NCBI RefSeq assembly: GCF_011745625.1
Contig: NW_027191467.1
Coordinates: forward strand, 1-64,000
Origin: Cladosporium halotolerans
Taxonomy: Eukaryota
Reading direction: 5' to 3'
Length of the DNA stretch: 64,000 nt
This document shows, piece by piece, positions 46,938 through 58,935 of the stretch (position 1 is its first letter; every line of letters begins with the position of its first letter). The notes beneath the pieces are model-generated. The model did not search any database and was not told the origin of the DNA. It was given only the letters and a program-made list of their open reading frames with translations. The position numbers and the translations under genes were made by a program.

Positions 46938-49650
46938 ATGGGTCGCAGCGGGTACCCAGGGCCTAAGCTGCCCCAAGACCTGCTTGACAAGGTGCAATGT
47001 ATGTTTGCGAATCTAACTTCACAGCAAATACATACTGACCCTCGCAGCTGGTGGCGTATCAAAGCGTGGCCGTGGACAGCCTACGAGGAAGGACAGAAGG
47101 AAAGAAGAGCGGCAGGCAAAGAGAGGAGGCGGTAGGGGTCCTTCAGGGCCGCAAAGGGCGAGGGCGATAGATCGTGCTGCTGCTGCTTACGCAAAGGACG
47201 AGCTTGACGAGTTTGACGAGTCTGACGAAGAGCTCGCTTCTCCACCCGCGAAAACCAAGCCTGTGAAAGAGGACACAAAAAAGGCCGGATTATCGAAGCC
47301 TGCGAAAGATGCCAAACCCGCGAAATCTATCTTGAAAAAGGCGCCTGCTGCGGCGTCAGAATCAGAAGCCGAATCAGAGGAAGAGGAGGGTTCTGAGGAT
47401 GAGGACTTTAGTGAGGAGGAAAATGATGAGCCGGCTAGACCAGTTGTCTCCCGTGCTGTGCGAAGTAAGTTGGAAGAGGATGACGATGAGATCGCGGCTC
47501 TGGAGAAGAAGCTGGGTATGAAGGGCAAGAAAAAGAGCAAGGTTGGAGACGACGAGCTGGATTGGCTAGTCAACGGATCAGACTCAGAGGCCGAGGCAGG
47601 AGGTGCAGGAAAGAGGAAAAGACCGGAGGATGATGAGTGGCTGAAGGAAAAGAGACGAAAAGCGGCCGCGAAGGTCAAACCAGTACAAGAGCCTGAAAGC
47701 GCTTCTGAGGATGGCCTTGGAGAGGATTCTGAAGATATGGGCGACGATGCCGGCAATGAGGACGATGAAATGGATAACCCGTTCTCTGACGACGAGGTGG
47801 GAAGCGAGGACTTCGGCGACTTCGACTCCGGAGATGACGATGATGAGTCGGCCCCTCCGCCAAAGAAAGAGCGAGAAAATCCATACGTTGCACCTGTCGC
47901 GAAAGACGCTGCACCCACTGGGAAATACATACCACCTTCACTGCGTAAAGCAGCTGCTTCGGATGAGGAGATGCTGAAGCAACTACGTCGCCAGCTTCAA
48001 GGTTTGCTCAACCGTCTTTCAGAGGCAAATCTGCTTTCAATCTTGCAATCTGTGGAGGAGGTATACCAGAAAACCGCTCGCCAGCACGTCACTTCCACTA
48101 TGGTCGATCTTCTCGTCAGCCTGGTCTCTGATCCTTCAGTATTGAACGACACTTTCCTTATCCTGCACGCTGGATTTGCAACCGCGCTTTTCAAGGTCGT
48201 TGGCACAGATTTTGCTGCGCAGATCCTCGAACAGGTCATTGCAGCGATCGACAGAACTCGTAGGGAGAGTGCTGGTGAAGGCAAGGCTACTCTCAACTTG
48301 ATTGGATTTCTTTCGTACCTTTACACCTTCCAGTTGACGGGGTGTGCCATCGTTTTCGATTACATTCGCATCTTCCTCGACGAGCTCTCGGAGACCAACA
48401 CGGAGCTTCTACTCAGGATCATCCGGACGTCGGGCACACAGCTACGCTCCGACGATCCAAGCGCTTTGAAGGATATCGTACTGCTCCTGCAACGTTCCGT
48501 GGCGGAGAAGGGTGAAGCGAATCTCTCCGTCCGTACGAAGTTCATGATTGAAACGATCAATAACTTGAAGAACAACCGCATGAAGACTGGCGTTTCTGCC
48601 TCCCAAGTGTCCGCGGAGCACACCACACGGATGAAGAAGACTCTTGGCACGCTCAGTGCGCGAACGACTAAGGCTACTGAGCCTCTGCGTATCTCACTGG
48701 CCGACATCCGGGACTCTGAGAAGAAGGGCAAGTGGTGGCTCGTGGGTGCTTCCTACCACGACCCGGCGAAGCTTGTCAATGGTACCAGCGAGAAGCCTAC
48801 GAGGTTGAAGCAAGACGACATCGACGCAGGCTACGAATCGGAGACTCCAGGGAATGTCTCCCTGACCAAACTCGCCAAGGCCCAGGGTATGAACACCGAT
48901 GTTCGCCGCGCCATCTTCATTTCTATGCTCGGCGCATCAGACTTCAAGGACGCACACATGCGCCTTCTGAAGCTTCACCTCAAGAACAAGCAGCAACTTG
49001 AGATTCCACGTGTATTGCTACACTGCGCTAGCGCAGAGAAGGTCTATAACCCTTACTACACCTTCATTGCGCGTAAGCTGTGCAGTGATCGCAAGATCCG
49101 CAAAGCCTTCCAATTCGCACTTTGGGATGTCTTCCGTCGCATGGGCGAGAAAGCAGAAGGTGATGACGATGAAGACATGGAGATTGAAGCCGGAGAGCAA
49201 ATGACAACGAGCAAGATCGTGAACCTGGCGAAGCTCTACGGCTCACTCATCGCCGACGGCGGACTCAGCATTGCAGTGCTGAGGACCGTGAATTTCACCT
49301 ACATGAAGGCCAAGACAAGAACATTCTCCGAGGTGCTCCTTACAACAGTTCTTCTGCAAGCACACAAGAGGGCAGCAACAAAGGGTGACAAAGCCGCTTT
49401 CAAGGTCGAGTTTGAGAGACTCGTGAAAGAGGCATTCGTCCAGGCGGGCTCAAGGCCCGAGATGGTACAGAGCTTGCGCCTGTTCATGGAGACCACTGTT
49501 GCGAGCGCTGAGATAGCGAACGGGAAGAGCGAGAGGAAGGCGGTTCGAAATGGTTCTGAGCACGCCGTGCAGGCTCTTGCGGAATCCGCTGCTAAAGCGC
49601 CTGCAATTGCGCTCAGCGACGACGAAGATGAGCAAATGAGCGATTATTAG
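46938..49650 (+). CDS. SGD1: Nucleolar MIF4G + MA3 domain protein (Sgd1/NOM1); intron 46999-47047
   Basis: Basic/acidic N-terminus, GKYIPPSLR, LQGLLNRLSEAN, RTKFMIETINNLKNN, GKWWLVGA, MNTDVRRAIF...YNPYY; short first exon splices in frame. Confidence 0.92.
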
Positions 49651-49895
49651 GCACTGTAATATCAACGTTGAGGTGGAGTGGTACCATCTCAAGCAAAACA
49701 CCGCTCTCGCTTTTTCTTTGTCTCATTCCAGCGTCTAGGCCAGCATTTACTTCAAGTCGCTCTGCCTTTTCCGGCCGTCCTCAAAGATTTCAATCAAAGA
49801 ACAAAGAAATTTCTGCGAAACTTGACAGCACTGGTATCTACAATGATCGTCGACGTGCATTCACGAGGACTTTCAAGCTAATAATCACTCGCAAA

Positions 49896-50285
49896 ATGGG
49901 TCTCTACGCCATCATCGCAAACATCTGGGCTGGCTTCTCGCCGCACCCTCCCAGGCGTCGCGGAAATTTCTGCGGAACCGGCACCGACACGATTCATGCC
50001 ATCAACCACTGGTTCCCGGGGAATCGGACACAGAAGGCGCCACGAAGGCTCGTTGAGACACCTACAGCTGGTCACTGGCCGGAATACCGTGTCGCGAAAA
50101 AGGTGGTTGGAAAGGGCAGGAAAAGATGTGAGCAATGCGGGGCCTTGTTGAAGCAGGAGGGCGCGGCTGTTAAGGCGAAAGCGAAGAGTGAGAAGGCATC
50201 GGGGAAGAAGGCGGATAATGCGAAGAGGCAGGACGCGGCCGGTGTAAAGAACCTCAGAGGAAGAGCTGTGAAGTATGCGAAGTAG
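49896..50285 (+). CDS. Possible small basic hypothetical protein (CxxC, Lys-rich tail)
   Basis: ATG in good context (CAAAATGG), 129-aa ORF; no family recognised. Confidence 0.35.
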   Translation: MGLYAIIANIWAGFSPHPPRRRGNFCGTGTDTIHAINHWFPGNRTQKAPRRLVETPTAGHWPEYRVAKKVVGKGRKRCEQCGALLKQEGAAVKAKAKSEKASGKKADNAKRQDAAGVKNLRGRAVKYAK

Positions 50286-52102
50286 TGGTGTGGTCAGGCT
50301 GGGTGGATTGTATGATAGAGTTGACAGGGTGTGATCATATGGAGTATAACTTTTTGTTCTTCCAACCTTGAAGGTTCAAGCCCCTCATGACAGTGCATCT
50401 CACTGCCTCCTCGGATTCTCGGTAATCTCAGTGCCGTGTCTTTCTCACCTCCCCAGGGATTGGGTACAATGTCCCCGTGGACCTGGCTCTTGAGTTATTC
50501 AGGATCCCTCGTGATTTGCTGAACACATCATTATGAAAGCCAGTGTGGTCAAGCGTTCGACTGCTCAGGCACAAAAATGTGAGTTGCATCCCTTGGGGTT
50601 GTCTGCGCCCTAAGTTTTGCTAGAAACATTCAACCCCTCCCCCGAATGCATCAGTCTTCTGCCAACTAGGCATAAATGCTCGGATGTCGCGGACTGCCTC
50701 GGATCAGTCGGATCTACCCTCCCTGGTAGTTATGTACGAAGGTGAGACGGGACGCTAGTCCTCGCCAGCCACTGCGAGCCCAAGAGAATAGGCTCTGTCG
50801 GCTCAATCGTTTAGCTCAAGTCAAGTCGGGGAGCGTGCCCGAGGGCTGTTGACCCACGTCTGAACCAGAGTACGAAGCTGGACTGCAGGTAGTTCTGGGC
50901 GTGACAAGTGCCGCCTTGACTCGCGATCCTTTACCTTGTTCGAACGCGTCTGCTTCATGATTCGTGGATAGATGCTGCAGACAACGAGCCGAGCGAGCGC
51001 AGGTCTTTGGCACCCAGCTACCCGCGATCCACAATCAAGAGGTAACCTGCGCCACAATAGCGAGGTGCGTTGGAGGAAGACAGCTATACTAGAAGCCTTT
51101 ATTGCCAGCCAATGTCTGCTGCGATGGAGGGAAGAAAGTCCGTGGAGGGATCGCTTTGTCTGCCGGCGACAAGGTTCCCCGCAAAAGTGGCTGCAGCATT
51201 CGCGGGGACCGTTGAAGGTTGATGTTGCTGCGGACAACCGACGGAAAATCAGCACCGATCGCCTGCACAAGCGGGTTCCTTCGGCGCGTGAGAGGTGGAG
51301 CTGCGGATGCGGAGAGTTTGACGTGGGCACGGCGCCACACGCTTGGCCTCACTGCCTCTTCTGACGGACTTCATCTCCGTAGGCAGGTAGGCCCTGAGGC
51401 CACAAAGGACAGTGAGACAGAAACCTGGGAGAGCTTTCAGCAGAGACCATATGCAGATCAATTACTTCCTGTCATCGCGATTCTGTTGCTTGCAAGCCCA
51501 CTGCAGCCAAGGGACCTTGTCGACGCAACTGCCTTGACCCCTCTGTACCTTGACGAGGGTGATACCCTAACCTGCAGCGCATCCTGGACATGCATCATCA
51601 TCCTGGCCTTTCGGTTCGATGTCAATGGCTCGCGTTTGAGACCTAGAGGGGCGCATTCGAGCTTCTCCGCATCTTACAGTGACCCCAAGACCAGCAAAGC
51701 CCTCACTGGATGCCATCCTCTCGGTATGTAGGGCTTCCTAGTCGACACCCGCCAAACGAACGTCTTTTGAGCCTACGAAGTGGCGCGGCATTCAGATCCC
51801 CACATCTCTGTTATGATCAAGCGCCGCTAGAAGTGGAGATGCAGTCATCCTCCAGTGGTCGAAACACCGCGGGGCTACCATGCTTGCAGTCAAAGCTGTC
51901 CGAAAGGAGACGCTTCGGTCGACACGCGTAATGGGGCCGACTCATGGTATATGCCCCAAGTTCCTTCTTGCCGAGCGGATGATAGAGCGGGGGCTCATTC
52001 ATATACCTGCCTCAGGTCTGTCCCTCTGATCGTTTCCCGTTGCTCAACATTCAGGGATCCTCTCTGGTACCTATCTACGAACATCTACTCTGCATCACAA
52101 AT

Positions 52103-54435
52103 ATGACGATTCCGGACGAGGTTGATATCATCGTTGTTGGAGGAGGATCATGCGGCTGCGTGGTGGCAGGCCGTCTGGCCAACCTGGATCACAATCTCCA
52201 GGTCATGCTCATTGAGGCGGGAGAGAGCAACTTGAACGTTCGTGTGATTCAATATGTTGAATGCGTGCCCATATTGACATGGTAACAGAACCCATGGGTG
52301 TACCGTCCCGGCATCTATCCCAGGAACATGAAACTGGACAGCAAGACAGCTTCTTTCTACTACTCCAGGCCCTCAGAATGGCTCGGTGGCCGACGTGCGG
52401 TCGTCCCTTGTGCCCACATTCTCGGTGGTGGCTCCAGCATCAACTTCATGATGTACACTCGTGCATCTGCCTCCGATTATGACGACTTCCAAGCGAAGGG
52501 CTGGACGACCAAGGAGCTGCTGCCTCTCATGAAGAAGCACGAGACCTACCAGCGTGCCAGCAACAACCGCGACATCCACGGATTCGATGGCCCGATCAAA
52601 GTCAGCTTTGGCAACTACACCTACCCCATCATGCAGGATTTCCTGCGTGCCGTCGAGTCGCAAGATATCCCGGTCACGGATGATCTTCAGGATCTGGTAA
52701 CGGGCCACGGTGCTGAGCACTGGCTCAAGTGGATCAACCGGTATCATAGGTCGGATGTAATCGATGTGAGATACAAGCTGACATCTCTACAGTGATACTG
52801 GACGCCGTTCAGACTCTGCTCACGCTTACATCCACAGCACGCGCGCAAACCACCAAAACCTGCATCTCGTAGTCAACACCAAGTGCGAGAAGGTCCTCTT
52901 GGAGGGCAACAGGGCTGTTGGTGTCAAGGTCTGCCCGACCAAGCCTCTCTCCCCTAACCAGCAGCAATCGAGGGTCTACAAGGCTCGCAAGCAGGTCATC
53001 GTGTCCGGTGGTACTTTGAGCTCTCCCCTCATTCTCCAGCGGTCTGGTATTGGTAACCCAGAGAAGCTGCGCAGAGCCGGCGTCAAGCCTCTCATTGACC
53101 TGCCAGGCGTCGGTCTCAACTTCCAAGATCACTACTTGACATTCTCCACCTATCGTGCTAAGCCTCACGTCGAGAGTTTCGACGACTTCGTTCGAGGAGA
53201 CAAGGAGACCCAGGAGAAAGTTTTCAACCAGTGGAATATCAACGGCACTGGCCCTCTTGCGACCAACGGTATCGAGGCTGGCGTCAAGATCCGCCCGACC
53301 GAGGATGAGCTTAGACAGATGGACAGCTGGCCCTGCCCTGAGTTCCGCTCTGGATGGGACTCGTACTTCAAGAACAAGCCTGACAAGCCTGTCATGCACT
53401 ACTCTGTCATTGCAGGATGGTTCGGTGACCACATGCTCATGCCGCCTGGCAAGGTAAGTTGATCGACTGGACATCCAACGGACAAATGCTGACATACATT
53501 AGTTCTTCACCATGTTCCACTTCCTGGAGTACCCCTTCAGCCGTGGAAGCACCATGATCACCAGCCCGTCTTGCTACGACGCCCCTGATTTCGACGCTGG
53601 ATTCATGAACGACAAGCGCGACATGGCACCCATGGGTAAGCCCACCAGCCCCTTTTCACAAACGAGCAATACTAACATCACGAAGTTTGGGGCTACATCA
53701 AGTCACGCGAGACCGCCAGGCGCATGGACGCCTACGCCGGCGAAGTCACGGGCATGCACCCCTTCTACGCCTATGACAGCCCAGCACGCGCCAAAGACAT
53801 GGACCTCGCCACTACCAACGCCTACGCCGGCCCCAACCACATCACTGCCGGCATCCAGCACGGCTCCTGGTCCATGCCCGTCGAAAGCGGCAAGGCGCCC
53901 CAGCCCAACATGATCAACAGCAACCAGCAAGAGGTGCGCGAGGACCTGCCGTACAGCAACGAGGACATCGCGCACGTCGAGGAATGGGTCAAGGTACGCC
54001 CCCTCCCTCCTAGCCAACCAAGCCTACACCACACCAAACCAAGACTAACACCCCCTTCCCCCAACAGCGCCACGTCGAAACGACCTGGCACTCGCTCGGC
54101 ACGTGCTCGATGGCGCCTAAGGAAGGCAACAGCATCGTCAAGCACGGCGTGCTGGACGAGCGCCTGAACGTGCACGGCGTCAAGAACCTCAAGGTCGCCG
54201 ACCTGTCCATCTGCCCGGACAACGTAGGCTGCAACACGTACAGCACTGCGCTGCTGATTGGCGAGAAGTGCGCCGTGCTCACGGCCGAAGACCTTGGGTA
54301 CAGCGGCCGCGCGCTCGACATGAGGGTGCCGGAGTACCATGCACCGAGGTGAGTCGATGATCAATGGTCTGAAAGGGATGCGGTTAATGCTGACTTCTTT
54401 CACTTAGGGAGGTCACTGGTCTGTCGCGCTTGTAG
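52103..54435 (+). CDS. AOX1: Peroxisomal alcohol (methanol) oxidase, GMC family AA3_3; introns 52238-52288, 52741-52792, 53454-53502, 53636-53685, 53994-54067, 54349-54407
   Basis: MTIPDEVDIIVVGGGSCGCVVAGRLANLD, LGGGSSINFMMYTRAS, DTGRRSDSAH, ETTWHSLGTCSMAP, VADLSICPDNVGCNTYSTALLIGEK; spliced C-terminus REVTGLSRL (PTS1). Confidence 0.96.
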
Positions 54436-54850
54436 GCGGATTTGGCGGACTATTGGGTTGGAAGAGAAAGGGTGGCAGAATGTCAAACATGCGAGGAGGA
54501 TTAGTCGCGAGCGTACTGGCGTGTATTCGATGCTAATGACAAAAGGAGTTTGCGAAATTTTTGGCCCACCTGATCGTGATCTCGTGCTCACTCCCTTGCT
54601 CTTCGCGACAAAGTAGTTCCGCTCTAGGTATGGAATAACCACATTACTCCATAACTTCTGTAAACGGGGTCGTCACGAGTGATTGTGAAATGATATCCTA
54701 AGGACACGACTGCAAAAAGAATCAATTCAAGTTTCTGTGTTCATAAATACATTACTTCATGTGTACGCGAAGGGTATCTCAAGCATTATTACCACCAGAA
54801 CTCACCATCCGACCTTTAGAGTCATAAACCATCATCCCCTCCCCTCATCC

Positions 54851-57344
54851 TCAATCTTTATTAACAACCCTCAAACTCCTCCTCGGATTCAACAGCACGC
54901 CCACAAAAGTCGGCTCCCTCCCCGCCAACAAATCCTCCGTCGAACTCCCCCTCCTCTCCGAAGGATACCCACTGCCGCTCCCACTCCCCTGCCCACTATC
55001 CGTGTACCGCTGGCTGAACTGGCCTCCCTCTCCGCTGCCGCTGTGCGGGCTGCGGTCGCTCGTGTCGTCGGAGCTCGCCTTGCCCGCTGCTGCGCCGTTG
55101 GAGGCGAGCAGGCCCGGGATGGCGGGGATCTTCTCGCCGCGCGCCTGACGCTGCGACATCTCGACGTGCCGCTTGTAGAGGCCGAGCTGCTTGCGGTAGA
55201 CGTAGGTGCAGAAGAGGAGGTAGCAGACGAGGAGGAAGAGGACGCCGGCGATGGTGCCGGCGACGATGGCGGCGATGTTGGGGCCGGAGGAGGGGGAGTT
55301 GGAGTTCGAGCCGGGGTCGGAGCCGCCGTTGGGGTTGTTGGAGGTAGTGGTTTCGGTTGCACTTGCGCCGGAGGAGGTCACGGTGTAGGTGATCGGTTTG
55401 CCGGTTGCGAGAGGGCCGGCGGTCGCGGTTGCGATGGGCGTGGTAACGCTTGCGCCGCCGTTGCCGTCGCCGCCGATGACTTTGATGACGGCTTCGGGGA
55501 CTTGGTAGCCGTAGGAGCCCTCGAGGCCGCCGAAGTGAGAGGCGTTGGCGAGCTGTGCGCGGTGTTGGTTGAATGGGTTGTTTGCGGTGGTCGAGTTGAA
55601 GCTGTCGTCTGGCGCGTTGTCGCTGGAAGAAGTAGAGCCTGCGTCACCTTCGCCGTCAGAAGGTCCAGAGCTGAGCGCTGTGTACTGTTGCACCCATTCC
55701 AAGTTGCTCAAATCGAAGACATAGATGCCTGGACTCTCGCAACTCAGTTGGTCCCCGACGTATCCTCCAACCATGACCATCTGTCCGTTCCAAATGTCGC
55801 AAGTATGTCCACTCCGACCGTACGGCACAGATTGAGTGCTCATGTCGACCTCGATCCACGTGAACGATGGCACTGACAATATCCACATGTCATCGTATTG
55901 TGTCTGTCCCCCAGCAGGTATAAGATTCTGTCCACCGAACATGTAGATATTGTAGCTGCTGCCGTCTGCCGCGGCCGCAGTGACTGCGCATGGGTTTACT
56001 CGAATTTTAGGCGTCGGGCCTGAGGTCGATTGCTTGTACCATTCGCTCGTGGCTATGTCGTAGACGTCGATGTTGTTCATTTGGGTCTATGAGCGCTGTC
56101 AGTACATTGTGCGATGTGTTGTACCGCAACTGCGTACTTACAAAGGTTTCATTGGAGCCTCCAGCCAGAGCAAGAAGTATTCCCTCATCACCAAATCCAG
56201 GAATGTAGATGAGCAAACCGTCAGCGCGTTGAGTAAAACCAGCCGAATCTTGCAGCCCGCCTTGAGTGATATTGCGATAAGCTCCGCCGTCGCCAGCTGT
56301 TGCGCTATTGCTTAGAGCTTCAACTTGATCGTTGCTAGTGCCCGGGAACGTAAACTCCAGGAGCGACTGCAAATACACCCTCGGGACGCTTTGCGACCAT
56401 CCTTGAGTCGTATAGCCGTCCAGATGGCCGCCAAAGTAGAACCCTCGACCTAAAGAGGGCACGTTGACGCCAGCGCCTTCAGAAGCACGCTGCACGCTTT
56501 CGTTGTCGCTTGGTGCGCTTTCTCCCTTTGACGTTTGCGGATTGCTGTGCTCGATCCATTCCTCCGACTGCATGCTGTACTCCCAAGTTGAAAATGCTGT
56601 AGGTGACTCGGCGGGCTTCCACGAAAATTGTCCACCGTACAAAAAGAGGGACTGATGCGAGCTCCAGAGATAGCCCAAGGCGACTGCGGGTGGACCAGAG
56701 CTTGCTGGCTGTGGTAATCCGGTGAGAGAAGGCGATGCAATCTTCCATGTTGTGGTCAGGTCAAGAGTGAGGAAGTTATTGTTCCAAGTATTTTGTTCTT
56801 GACCTTGCTGCGTCGAAGCCTGTCCGCCGTAAAGGTACAAGGTGCCGTTGACCAGAGCAGATTGTTGCGCCCATCGAAAGCAGACATCAGTCGGGCTATC
56901 GTCTTGTCGTGCTAAGATGACGCCCTCATCTGGTCTCACGTCGCGAGGGATGGGACCTCCCTCTACGCCTTGGACAGGTAGCACGGAAGCCGAGCTCAGC
57001 GGCGAGCCTCGCAAAAAGGGCACAAGCGAGGCCACCGCCAGTGCGAGCACCCCAAAGCGAAACATTAGAGGAGCGCTTCGGGATAACAACGAATCTTTCC
57101 TTCGACTAGGAGGGTGCGTTGTTGCTGAAGTCTGCTCGAGTAATTCGGGCTTCTCGTCTTTTGGTGTACCTGTCGCACCTTCTTGGTGCTCGTCCGCGAA
57201 CACGTGAACCTCCGGCTGACTATCGAAACGTACCGCCGGGCGCCGCGTGTCAGGCTGCTCTGTAGCTGCAGAGACGGGTATCTCGTATTCTAGTCCTATC
57301 TCGCGGAACTTCGAAGCTCTCCGCTGCGTGCTTTGCTCGGGCAT
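54851..57344 (-). CDS. Kelch/galactose-oxidase beta-propeller membrane protein with C-terminal TM helix; intron 56087-56141
   Basis: Kelch GG motifs (LYLYGG, LFLYGG, FYFGG, IYMFGG, MVMVGG); S/T-rich linker; TM IAAIVAGTIAGVLFLLVCYLLFCTYVY followed by RK; start codon uncertain. Confidence 0.85.
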
Positions 57345-58935
57345 GGCTTAGAGGCGCATTGAATTCGCAGAGGTCGTGCGTGGAGGCGAGGCAAGCTTGC
57401 TTAGGCGCGTCTGCTAGAGCGCAACGTGACCAGGGCGGATAAACTTGGCATGCGAAAGAGGGTGTGCAGAGAGATATAAAAAGGTTAGGGCAGCAGTGGA
57501 AAAGGAACAAGGTGGTCGCGCCTGGGGAGAGCTTTCAATAGCACGCAGGCACAGTAGCAAGATGGTACGAGACCCAAGACGGAACGCATACAAACCGAGA
57601 GGAGCGAGGCAGTGAAGTGATATTCGCCGCCAAACAAGATAAGGGCGCCGGAGGGTGAAGAGCCCGTCGAGCCCTGTCCAGCCAGCCGTGTTGTAGAGGA
57701 AATCTTGATCTCCCCAGGGCAAGGCATTGGTGACATGCCGCCACGCCGCTCATGGCTGCTGTGATGTCGCCACTCCATCACCAGGAGCGGCGTATGGGCA
57801 GGGCAAGGCGCGCGGGTGTGAGGGTGTCTCCAGCTTGACAGGGGTGGAGTGCGGCATGAGGTCAGGCAGACTTCAAGCGAGCGATGTCTGCTAGCCTGAA
57901 GAGGCTGGATCGGCTGGCGCTACAGGGAATCGGGGCATTTCTGGCTGGAGCCGACCACAAGCGCGTCGAGATCAGCACGCCGGTCACGCACCGTTGCATC
58001 GACGTCTTCGGCCTACTCGCCGCAATCACGCATGTGCCCGAGCCGTCAGATACCCATCTGCATATCAGATGCTGGGGAGCAAGAAGCCTTTCACTGCTTG
58101 CCACGCGTGCCACGTTGGGCAGACCCTTGCCGGCCATGTTACTCCCGCATCGACGGCAAAAGCACAGCCTGGCGGCTGTCAACGCCTTCATGTTGTGCTA
58201 CAAGGCTAGAACCGATGCTCTCACGGCGACATCTGCACTGCCTCGGAAGGCTTTGCGTGCCGGGACTGCCATATGTCAGTCTCTTGATTCGCCTGCCTAA
58301 AGCACCACACTGCGACAAGACTGCTCAGCACTTGCCACTGGAGAGCAACCTCACATGAAAGCACCTTAGACTGCGTCAAGTCCAGTCCCCGTTATCAAAT
58401 AAGAATTTCCGGACATGAGTTCGCGTTGAAAACGACTCTGGAGCCCATGGCTTTGCCTCCAGATAGATTCTGCTCTTAGTGAAGCCATCGCTTCCCGACA
58501 CTGGCATGCCAAAGTAGCAACACTAATTTCCAGTATCCCAACGAGAAGGAAGTAGAGGCGTGTTTCGGTAAGCTTCAGGGTCGGTTTTTAGCCATACGCC
58601 GGAGGGACCTTACGACGTCTGGCAATTCTTCGCTCTCTTAATGAACTGGTCTGATCCTGATAGCGAAGCATGCGCAGCCTGAATTGACGCTTTCGTGGCG
58701 CAGTCGAAAGTCGCTCGGGCTCGAGAAGCAATCTGGAAGTTATGTCGATTTTCAAGGCTGATGGCTTCTGCGCGCTCAGCTCTGCGCCCTGCAACCATCT
58801 CGCCACGCATGCAGCTGACTCCGCCTTGTGCGCGCAAGCTCAGCCTCGCCGGTAACGTCTACTAGTTAAGGAGTCACATTTCACCTACGCACCAGAAATT
58901 CATTCCTGATAGTGAAAAATCGCGGTCACATCAAC

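Noticed and set aside
46992..47047. Nested intron/stwintron or alternative acceptor in SGD1 intron 1 (extra CTAAC..CAG ending 47023)
   Set aside because: The internal intron would be only ~25 nt, too short for splicing.
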